From positions 12,852 through 76,851 of the forward strand of contig WRLA01000001.1 of NCBI GenBank assembly GCA_009777825.1: DNA of 64,000 nucleotides, given 5' to 3'. Position 1 is the stretch's first letter. Each line of letters begins with the position of its first letter. Below are positions 44,851 to 52,590 of this stretch, in pieces. The stretch is from Bacteroidales bacterium (GTDB taxonomy: Bacteria; Bacteroidota; Bacteroidia; Bacteroidales; WRLA01). Below the pieces are notes generated by a model. The model was not told the DNA's origin. It made no database searches and saw nothing but the letters and a program-made list of their open reading frames with translations. A program made the position numbers and the translations under genes.

Positions 44851-45651
44851 TTATTTTAATAATCTTCTACTTTCAACCTCCTGTAACACACTCATCTGCT
44901 GAATAGCAATCTGATTTAGCCTTATCAAGCGCTCTTTTTGCGGAAGTCTTTCATTGATAAATACGGAATTCAGATTTTCCATGTTGGACAAGCAAATTAA
45001 TTCGTTGATTGCGGCATAATCGCGGATATTACCTTTCAGGTCAGGATTTGTTTCGCGCCACTCTTTGGCGGTCATGCCAAACATGGCTACGTTCAATACA
45101 TCGGCTTCGTTGGCGTAGATGAAATTTATTTGTTCTTTGGATAGTTTGTTCGGAATTAGATTTCGGCTAACGGCAGAAGTATGAATGTGATAATTTATTT
45201 TGGCTAATTCTCGCTTTGCTGTCCAGCCTAATGCTTTTTGCTCTTCTTCTTTAAGACGTTGGAACTCTTTGACCAATAACAATTGGAATCGCGGACTTAT
45301 CCACATTCCAAAGTGAAACGCAATATCTTTGTGAGCATAAGTGCCGCCGTAGCGTCCTGCTTTTGCTGTGATTCCAATCGCACCGGTCCTTTCAATCCAT
45401 TGTTTTACCGACAGAACAAAATTGTTGCTCCCTGCTGAATTTTTAATTGTACCGAATTCGGTATAATTAAAATCCGGATTGAACAAAATTTCCCATTCTC
45501 CTATATATTCAATGGTGCTTTTTAGACTAAGCCACTTTATGATAATATGTTCTTCCATTTGGCTGTGTGCCATATCTGTAAGAGAAATATAATCAGCGTC
45601 TTTAATCTGAAGTATCGTTATGTCCGTTCCTGTTACATTTATCTTTGCCAT
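44851..45651 (-). CDS. KilA-N domain-containing protein
   Basis: 266 aa. The sequence DYISLTDMA...KWL....TIEY...WE..FNP.F...EF matches the KilA-N DNA-binding domain pattern common in Bacteroidales accessory regions. Confidence 0.75.
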   Translation of the reverse strand: MAKINVTGTDITILQIKDADYISLTDMAHSQMEEHIIIKWLSLKSTIEYIGEWEILFNPDFNYTEFGTIKNSAGSNNFVLSVKQWIERTGAIGITAKAGRYGGTYAHKDIAFHFGMWISPRFQLLLVKEFQRLKEEEQKALGWTAKRELAKINYHIHTSAVSRNLIPNKLSKEQINFIYANEADVLNVAMFGMTAKEWRETNPDLKGNIRDYAAINELICLSNMENLNSVFINERLPQKERLIRLNQIAIQQMSVLQEVESRRLLK

Positions 45652-45664
45652 ATCTTTATATATA

Positions 45665-46747
45665 TTACATTTTCACCACCTTCCCATTCCCAACAACCCG
45701 CCCCTCCGAAAGAACGCTAACACCATAAACCCCTTGCGGCAAATGGCTGATGTTTATTTCGATGGGCGATTGTCCGATTTCCGATTTCCGAAATTCCCCT
45801 CCTTTGGAGGGGGCAGGGGGTGGTGTGATTTGCGATTGTAGAGACGGGGCGCGCCCCGTCTCTACGGGGGCAACGGTCAACACATTTCTACCCATCACAT
45901 CGAAAATTACGATTTCCGATTGTCCGATGTCCGACATCCGATTATCGCACGTCGCAAATCGCAAATCGCAAATCGCAAATACCCCACTCGTCGGATTCGG
46001 ATACATCCGCACACCCCCCCCTTCGGGGGGGCTTGGGGGGGCTATGCCCATGTTTACATCTTCAATATGAAACTCTTTCCAAACGTCGGCGGTCTGGTAG
46101 GCGGAGATGGCGTCTGTCGGCACTTTCAGCGTGCAGGCGGATTGATTTACATCTTCAAATACTTCGAACGTTATCTCAACGGGTACAGGATTTAGATTGG
46201 TTATTGAAGTAAGAGCGGTGCAACCGGCAAAGGCTCCATAGGAAATATCTGTAACGCTGTTTGGAATGGTAACATATTTGAGAGCGGTGCAATTTTTAAA
46301 AGCATCCACTTCAATAGCTGTTACGCTGTTTGGGATGGCAATAGATTTAAGAGCGGTGCAAGCGGCAAAGTCCCCATATTTAATTGCTGTAATGCTGTTT
46401 GGAAGGGTAATAGATTCGAGGGCGGTGCACAAGTAAAAAGCGTAATATCCAATCGTTGTAACGCTGTTTGGAATGGTTATTGAAGTAAGTTTTTCGCAAA
46501 CGCGAAAAGCGTCATTTCCAATCTTTGTAACGCCGTTTTCTATGATCACGGTAACGATAGATTTTCGATAATCATACCACGGCGCCCAAATATCCCACTC
46601 ATAATCCGGCATCTCCCCCTCCCCACTGATAGTGAGCGTGCCGTCGTTCAATTCCCACGTCAGTGGACCTGTCATCCCGCTTTGCGCGAATGTGCTTGAT
46701 ACGTTCAGCAGCATGGTTAATGCTAAAATGGTGAGATGTTTCTTCAT
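45665..46747 (-). CDS. BspA-type leucine-rich repeat protein with T9SS C-terminal sorting domain interrupted by repeat-derived inserts
   Basis: Signal peptide ...VSSTFA|Q. Five or more LRR_5 units read IPNSVT.I...AF..CTAL.S(I/V)T. The CTD pieces YPNPTSGVF, IVIFDVMGRNVL and INISHLPQGVYGVSVLSEGRVVGNGKVVKM are separated by two inserts. Confidence 0.8.
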   Translation of the reverse strand: MKKHLTILALTMLLNVSSTFAQSGMTGPLTWELNDGTLTISGEGEMPDYEWDIWAPWYDYRKSIVTVIIENGVTKIGNDAFRVCEKLTSITIPNSVTTIGYYAFYLCTALESITLPNSITAIKYGDFAACTALKSIAIPNSVTAIEVDAFKNCTALKYVTIPNSVTDISYGAFAGCTALTSITNLNPVPVEITFEVFEDVNQSACTLKVPTDAISAYQTADVWKEFHIEDVNMGIAPPSPPEGGGVRMYPNPTSGVFAICDLRFATCDNRMSDIGQSEIVIFDVMGRNVLTVAPVETGRAPSLQSQITPPPAPSKGGEFRKSEIGQSPIEINISHLPQGVYGVSVLSEGRVVGNGKVVKM

Positions 46748-46750
46748 GTT

Positions 46751-47071
46751 TTAATATAACAATAATAATTCTTTTAATCCTTTGTTGAGTTCCATTATTT
46801 CTGTATTGGACAGCTCGCCTAATTCGCCGAGTACCAAACTGGAATCTATTGTCGCAATTTTTCCGATGCGAATCAGAGAGGGTACTTTCAGTCCGTTGTA
46901 TTTAGAAGGGAAAACAGGCACATCGTATTTTGTTTTCCATCTCACCTCTGATGTAATAAAACTAATTGTTACATCCAAGTCGCTCTTACACAACACTACA
47001 GCAGGTCTTATTTTACTCCCTTTCAAGTCTGTAAAAGGAAACGGTATCAAAATAATGCTTCCTTTTTTCAT
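46751..47071 (-). CDS. mazF: PemK/MazF family type II toxin
   Basis: 106 aa. MKKGSIILIPFPFTDLKGSKIRPAVVL is the canonical PemK/MazF N-terminus. Confidence 0.8.
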   Translation of the reverse strand: MKKGSIILIPFPFTDLKGSKIRPAVVLCKSDLDVTISFITSEVRWKTKYDVPVFPSKYNGLKVPSLIRIGKIATIDSSLVLGELGELSNTEIMELNKGLKELLLLY

Positions 47072-47295
47072 ATATACCTTACCTTTAAATCATCTATAGA
47101 ATAAAGTTCCGGTTCGCTGTTTAAAAAATCATAACTGTGGCTCAAAGACGACAATTGTTGCAATCCTTCGGTAATCAAAACATCATCGGATCTTTGGATA
47201 ATAAATTCCACAAAATCATTCACCTCCCGAATGTGTTTCATTGGTAATTGTTCAATATTCCGAACGGTTTTTTTCATTAAAATTTCTCGCTCCAT
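47068..47295 (-). CDS. putative antitoxin of the MazF pair
   Basis: 75 aa from MEREILMKK. A 4-nt ATGA overlap links it to the toxin start. The LP....EV.DFVEF pattern resembles DUF2281-type antitoxins. The longer ORF-track start at 47331 would overlap the lpxA stop. Confidence 0.55.
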   Translation of the reverse strand: MEREILMKKTVRNIEQLPMKHIREVNDFVEFIIQRSDDVLITEGLQQLSSLSHSYDFLNSEPELYSIDDLKVRYI

Positions 47296-47320
47296 ACTAT
47301 TATTTTTAATTGAGTTTCCC

Positions 47321-48130
47321 TTACTCCCCATTCCCGCCGCCTCGTCTTCCCAGCCCGATATATCCTTTCATCAGACCTCGTGTGGAGTTGTTGATGAAGG
47401 CGAGGATTTTATCGCGTTCCGGTGTTGCCGGCAGTTCGGCTTCGACTATCTGGACGGCTTGTGTTACGTTCATTTTTTGTTGGAATATCTTCCGATAGAC
47501 GTCTTGTATCTCGTTGATGACTTGGTTGGAAAAGCCGCGCCGACGCAGTCCGATGGAGTTGACGCCGACGTATGAGAGCGGTTCACGGGCTGCTTTGACG
47601 TAGGGCGGGACGTCTTTGCGTACTAACGAGCCTCCGGCGATCATGGCGTGTTCGCCTATTTTGACGAATTGATGTACGGCGACCATGCCGCTGACGATGG
47701 CGAAGTCGCCGATTTCGATATGTCCTGCCAAGCCGGCGCCGTTGCCCATGATGACGTTGTCGCCCAAGATGCAGTCATGTGCCACGTGCGCACAAGCCAT
47801 GATAAGGCAATTTTTGCCGAGGACGGTCTCGTGGTTGGCGATGGTGCCGCGGCTGATGGTAACGAACTCGCGGATGGAGGTGTTGTCGCCGATGCGCACA
47901 ATGGTCTCCTCGCCTTGAAACTTCAGGTCTTGCGGGATGGCGGAGACCACCGCGCCCGGATAGATTTTGCAATTTTTCCCGATGCGGGCGCCTTCCATGA
48001 TGTTCACGTTGGAGCCAATCCAGGTGCCTTCCGCGATTTCAACATTTTTCTCAATGTTGACAAATGGTTCAATGACCACGTTCTTGGCAATTTTCGCCTG
48101 CGGATGAACGTATGATAACGGTTGATTCAT
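47321..48130 (-). CDS. lpxA: acyl-ACP--UDP-N-acetylglucosamine O-acyltransferase
   Basis: 269 aa. Left-handed beta-helix hexapeptide repeats, and the N-terminus SYVHPQAKIAKNVVIEPF is typical of LpxA. Confidence 0.9.
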   Translation of the reverse strand: MNQPLSYVHPQAKIAKNVVIEPFVNIEKNVEIAEGTWIGSNVNIMEGARIGKNCKIYPGAVVSAIPQDLKFQGEETIVRIGDNTSIREFVTISRGTIANHETVLGKNCLIMACAHVAHDCILGDNVIMGNGAGLAGHIEIGDFAIVSGMVAVHQFVKIGEHAMIAGGSLVRKDVPPYVKAAREPLSYVGVNSIGLRRRGFSNQVINEIQDVYRKIFQQKMNVTQAVQIVEAELPATPERDKILAFINNSTRGLMKGYIGLGRRGGGNGE

Positions 48131-48136
48131 GATATA

Positions 48137-49534
48137 TTATTTTTCTTTTACAATCTGAGCAAGCATTTCCGCTTCGACGGCCAACTGATTGCCGACATAT
48201 CCTTTCCCCGACATCTGGCATAAGCCGCGCCGGATAGGACTGGTGAGGTCGAGACGGAACACCAAAGTATCGCCCGGAACGACCTTATTACGGAAACGGA
48301 CGTTATCTATTTTAATAAAATAGGTAATGTAGTTTTCGGGGTCGGGGACGGTGGAAAGTACCAGAATACCTCCGCATTGCGCCATCGCCTCTATCTGCAA
48401 GACGCCGGGCATGACCGGATGACCCGGAAAATGACCGACAAAGAAAGGTTCGTTCATGGTAACATTTTTAACGCCGACCACGTGCGTGTCCGTCAGTTCT
48501 ATGATTTTGTCAATCAGCAGGAAAGGCGGTCTGTGGGGCAGTTTTTTGGATATTCCGACGATGTCTAAAAGCGGTTCTTCGTTGGGGTCATATTTGGGGA
48601 TGTGGTGTGTTTTTTCCCTGCTTTCGATAAATTTTTTGATTTTGAGGGCGAATGCTACGTTGGCGGCGTGTCCGGGTTTTTTGGCGATGATGTGGGCGTT
48701 GAAACGTCTGCCGACCAATGCCAAATCGCCGACGATGTCAAGGAGTTTGTGCCGGGCGGGTTCGTTGTTGAACGAGAGTCCGCAGGTGTTCAGGATGCCT
48801 TCTTTGGTTACTTCCACGTTCGGTTGGTTGAAAAACGTTTTCAGCGCTTCGATTTCTTCGGCGGGGAGGATGCGGTTGACAAAAACGATGGCGTTGTCGA
48901 GTTCTCCGCCGCGAATCAGGTTTTGCCGGATGAGTTGTTGCATCTCGTCAATGAAGACAAAAGTGCGGCAGGGCGCTACTTCCTTTTTAAAGTCCGCAAT
49001 GTTATTCAGTTCGGCGTTTTGCGTTCCCAGAACATCGGTGTGAAAATCAATCATCACGGAGTAGTGGATGTGGTCGTCGGGGATGGCGATAAACTCGCTT
49101 CCTGTCTTGGGGTCGGAATATTTTATCGGTTCATCTAATTGAAATTCAACCCGTTCCTCGCCTTGTTCTTGGATGCCGGCTTCTTCCAATGCTTCCACGA
49201 AATATTTGGCGCTGCCGTCCATGATGGGGATCTCTTCGGCGTTTACTTCGATGATGATGTTGTCAATGTTGGCGGTGAAAATACTTGCCAAGCAATGTTC
49301 GATGGTGGCGATGCGGATGTTGTTCTTTATCAAAGTTGTACCTCTTGCCGTTTCTTTTACGAGGTCGGCGGTTGCCGCTATTTCGGGTTGTTCGGGGAGG
49401 TCGGTGCGTTTAAAAACGTAGCCGGTATTTTCCATAGCCGGCTTGAATGTGAGCGTGATATTTTCAATTCCCGTATGGAGTCCTCGTCCATGAATGGTTA
49501 CCGCTTTCTCTATTGTCTTTTGTTTTACTGCCAT
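48137..49534 (-). CDS. lpxC: bifunctional UDP-3-O-acyl-GlcNAc deacetylase / 3-hydroxyacyl-ACP dehydratase (LpxC-FabZ fusion)
   Basis: 465 aa. The N-terminal LpxC part has KQKTI...GRGLHTG and ATIEH. The C-terminal FabZ part has LPHRPPFLLIDKI and GHFPGHPVMPGVLQIEAMAQ. Confidence 0.9.
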   Translation of the reverse strand: MAVKQKTIEKAVTIHGRGLHTGIENITLTFKPAMENTGYVFKRTDLPEQPEIAATADLVKETARGTTLIKNNIRIATIEHCLASIFTANIDNIIIEVNAEEIPIMDGSAKYFVEALEEAGIQEQGEERVEFQLDEPIKYSDPKTGSEFIAIPDDHIHYSVMIDFHTDVLGTQNAELNNIADFKKEVAPCRTFVFIDEMQQLIRQNLIRGGELDNAIVFVNRILPAEEIEALKTFFNQPNVEVTKEGILNTCGLSFNNEPARHKLLDIVGDLALVGRRFNAHIIAKKPGHAANVAFALKIKKFIESREKTHHIPKYDPNEEPLLDIVGISKKLPHRPPFLLIDKIIELTDTHVVGVKNVTMNEPFFVGHFPGHPVMPGVLQIEAMAQCGGILVLSTVPDPENYITYFIKIDNVRFRNKVVPGDTLVFRLDLTSPIRRGLCQMSGKGYVGNQLAVEAEMLAQIVKEK

Positions 49535-49557
49535 ATTCTATTTCATTATATAAAATA

Positions 49558-50583
49558 CTACATACTTTTTATTTTTTCTTCCAACGCGTCAATTCTTTTG
49601 ATGTGTTTATCCAAGTTGCGCGTGTGGATGATGATTTTTTTATGGGTGAAGGCGTCCACGGCGGGCGCTCCGAACATGAGTTTATTGTCGGCTACGTCGT
49701 TGCCGATGCCCGACTGGGCGGCGATTTTGACATTATCGCCAATCGTCAGATGGTCAATGATGCCGACCTGTCCGCCGATGATGCAGTTTTTCCCGATTTT
49801 GGTAGAGCCGGCGACGCCTGTCTGCGAGACGATGACGGTGTTTTCGCCGATGACGACGTTGTGCGCTATTTGGATGAGATTGTCCAACTTCGCGCCTTTG
49901 CGGATGATGGTCGAACCCATGGTCGCTCTGTCAATGGTAGTGTTTGCTCCGATTTCGACGTGGTCTTCGATGACGACGTTTCCTGTTTGTGGTATTTTCT
50001 CGCGACTAAAATCGGCTTGTGGCGTAAATCCGAAACCATCCGCGCCGATAACCACTCCGGCATGGATGATGCAATGATTGCCAATCACGGTGTCTTCATA
50101 TATTTTTACGCCGTAATAGATGGTGGTGTGCCGACCGATGCTACTCCCTGCGCCCACGACGGTGTTCGGATAGATGGCGGCATGGTCGCCGATGGTTACG
50201 CCCGATTCTATCACGACGAAGTCGCCGATGTAAACATTTTCTCCGACGACGGCGTCCGGCGCGACGAATGCCCGTTCGGAGATGCCTGTGCGACGCGGTT
50301 TAAGTGATTGATACAGAGCGAGTATTTTTACAAATGCAGCACGCGGGTCGTCAACGCGGATGAGCGTGGTGGCGAGTGTTTGTTCGGGTGTAAACTCTTT
50401 ATTTACAATGGTAACAGCAGCGGGTGCAGTGTATAGAAACGGTGCAAACTTCATATCTGCCAAAAAGGCAACAGCCCCCTCGCCGCCTTCTTCTATTTTA
50501 GAAAGTTTGGAAACGGCAGATTGAGGATTTCCTTCTATTGTGCCGTCAATGGCTGCAGCGATTTGTTCTGCTGTAAAATTCAT
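49558..50583 (-). CDS. lpxD: UDP-3-O-(3-hydroxyacyl)glucosamine N-acyltransferase
   Basis: 341 aa. N-terminus MNFTAEQIAAAIDGTIEGN, followed by hexapeptide repeats and QIAHNVVIG. Confidence 0.9.
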   Translation of the reverse strand: MNFTAEQIAAAIDGTIEGNPQSAVSKLSKIEEGGEGAVAFLADMKFAPFLYTAPAAVTIVNKEFTPEQTLATTLIRVDDPRAAFVKILALYQSLKPRRTGISERAFVAPDAVVGENVYIGDFVVIESGVTIGDHAAIYPNTVVGAGSSIGRHTTIYYGVKIYEDTVIGNHCIIHAGVVIGADGFGFTPQADFSREKIPQTGNVVIEDHVEIGANTTIDRATMGSTIIRKGAKLDNLIQIAHNVVIGENTVIVSQTGVAGSTKIGKNCIIGGQVGIIDHLTIGDNVKIAAQSGIGNDVADNKLMFGAPAVDAFTHKKIIIHTRNLDKHIKRIDALEEKIKSM

Positions 50584-50598
50584 GTAATCAGGGTTTTA

Positions 50599-51402
50599 TC
50601 AGGAATGTTCCGTTTCTGCTCCGGCGAGTTGTTTGTCAACCAAAATACGTCCGCAGAACTCACAAACGATGATTTTTTTATAGTTGGTGATGTCTAATTG
50701 GTGTTGTGGCGGTATTTTGTTGAAACATCCGGCGCAGGCGTTCCGTTCGATGGTAACGACGGCTAAGCCGTTGCGGACGCTCTTGCGGATGCGGCTATAT
50801 GCAGTGAGCAGGCGGTCTTCGATGTTGGCTTTGCAATGCTCTACTTCTTTCACTAATCTTTTCTCTTCGATGGCGGTTTCGGAAGAAATCTCGGTCAGTT
50901 CGACCTGTTTGATCTGCATCTCTTTCTCCCGATCTTCCATGTCAACTTTGATTTTTTCGATTTGCACCTTGTTCTCCTCTATCTGTATGAGCGATTCCTT
51001 GGTTTTCTTTTCGGCGAGTTGGATTTCTAACTCCTGAAACTCAATTTCTTTGGTTAGCGAGTCGTATTCGCGGTTGTTGCGAACGTTCATCAACTGTTCT
51101 TTATACTTCTTTATCAACGAATTATTGCTGTTGATGGCTTTTTTGTACTCGTCAATCTTTTTAGCGAGTTCCTTGTTGTTGATTTCGTGATTATCTTTTC
51201 GCGTTTTCAACATGGCTATCTCGTCTTCCAGATCCTGGACTTCGAGCGGAAGTTCGCCGCGAATGATTCTGATTTTGTCAATTTTTGTGTCAATTTGTTG
51301 GAGGTGATAGAGCAATTTTAACTTCTCTTCGATGGATAACGCCGCAACCTCAGCGTTTTTTTCTTCCGTTTTGACTACTTTAGTCTCTACTTTTTTTGCC
51401 AT
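50599..51402 (-). CDS. coiled-coil protein with C4 zinc ribbon (COG1579/DUF164-like)
   Basis: 267 aa. A long heptad-rich region is followed by C.GC.......(19 aa)...CE.CGRIL. It sits downstream of Nif3, as in many bacteria. Confidence 0.75.
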   Translation of the reverse strand: MAKKVETKVVKTEEKNAEVAALSIEEKLKLLYHLQQIDTKIDKIRIIRGELPLEVQDLEDEIAMLKTRKDNHEINNKELAKKIDEYKKAINSNNSLIKKYKEQLMNVRNNREYDSLTKEIEFQELEIQLAEKKTKESLIQIEENKVQIEKIKVDMEDREKEMQIKQVELTEISSETAIEEKRLVKEVEHCKANIEDRLLTAYSRIRKSVRNGLAVVTIERNACAGCFNKIPPQHQLDITNYKKIIVCEFCGRILVDKQLAGAETEHS

Positions 51403-51410
51403 AACTTTCT

Positions 51411-52508
51411 TTATATTAAGTATTTAACTGCATTTGTACTATGAACTGAAATTTGAGCCGCAAAGTTACTAAAATTTTGCTTTAAAATGTCTAATAAAAT
51501 TGATGTTGCAAATTGTTCTGTTTCGTAGTGTCCGGCGTCAACCAAAAGCATCTTTTTGTCGGGTGTGAAAAAGTCGTGATATTTGAGGTCGGCGGTGATA
51601 AAGACGTCGGCGTTTCGTTCTAATGCTGAATGGATTAGGAAACTGCCCGACCCGCCGCACAACGCCACCTTGCGCACCTGTTTTCCGATAAAACCGGAAT
51701 GACGCAAAACCGGAATATTCAAAATTTGTTTTAATCGGAGCAGAAAATCTTTTTCGTCCATCGGTTCGGGCAACGTGCCTATGACGCCGATTCCTGCCTG
51801 TCCCGTCGTGTTTTCCAACTGATAGAGGTCGTAAGCCGGCTCCTCGTAGGGATGCGCCGCCACAAGAGCCGCCACCACCTGCCGCCGCAGATAAGTCGGA
51901 AAGACGGTCTCGATGCGATGTTCCTTCTCGGTATGATATTTCCCGACTTCGCCCACGAAAGGGTGCGTCTGCTCGCCGGCGCGAAACGTCCCTTCGCCCT
52001 CGACCGCGAAACTGCAAAAGTCGTAATTGCCGATACAGCCCGCTCCCGCCGCAAAGATGGCTTCACGTACTTTCTGCGTGTGCTGCACAGGAACGAAAGT
52101 TACAAGTTTCGACAACTGATGCTGTTGCGGCGACAAAATGGCACTCTCTTGTAATCCGATTTTTCTTGCCAAGATGTGGTTTACGCCGTCGGGCGCGTTG
52201 TCAAGGTTGGTATGCGCGGCGTAAACGGCGATGTTGTGGGCGATTGCTTGCCGTATCATCCGACCGGTCGGGTCGTGAGGGTTTATCTTCTTTATCCCGC
52301 TGAAAATCAAAGGATGGTGCGTGAGAATAAGATTGAAACCACCGTCAATGGCTTCCTGCAAAACAGTTTCGGTAAGTTCTAACGCAATGAGAACGCCGTT
52401 TGCCGTATCGTCCTCATTACCAATCAATAAACCCACATTGTCCCACTCTTCGGCATAAGCACGCGGAGCGCTCTTTTCAATAACCTGAATGATGTCTTTA
52501 ATGGTCAT
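51411..52508 (-). CDS. Nif3-like dinuclear metal centre protein
   Basis: 365 aa. Motifs are WDNVGLLIG, LTHHPLIF, AAHTNLD and a C-terminal DAGHYETE. Confidence 0.85.
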   Translation of the reverse strand: MTIKDIIQVIEKSAPRAYAEEWDNVGLLIGNEDDTANGVLIALELTETVLQEAIDGGFNLILTHHPLIFSGIKKINPHDPTGRMIRQAIAHNIAVYAAHTNLDNAPDGVNHILARKIGLQESAILSPQQHQLSKLVTFVPVQHTQKVREAIFAAGAGCIGNYDFCSFAVEGEGTFRAGEQTHPFVGEVGKYHTEKEHRIETVFPTYLRRQVVAALVAAHPYEEPAYDLYQLENTTGQAGIGVIGTLPEPMDEKDFLLRLKQILNIPVLRHSGFIGKQVRKVALCGGSGSFLIHSALERNADVFITADLKYHDFFTPDKKMLLVDAGHYETEQFATSILLDILKQNFSNFAAQISVHSTNAVKYLI

Positions 52509-52553
52509 AAATTATAATGTAAATGTATGGCGCGAAGTTACAAATAAAATTCC

Positions 52554-52561
52554 TATCTTTG
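52554..52561 (+). promoter_or_regulatory. -7 promoter box TATCTTTG
   Basis: Lies 30 nt upstream of the ATG at 52591. Confidence 0.5.
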
Positions 52562-52590
52562 CAACTGTAAATTTATTAAATATAATTACA

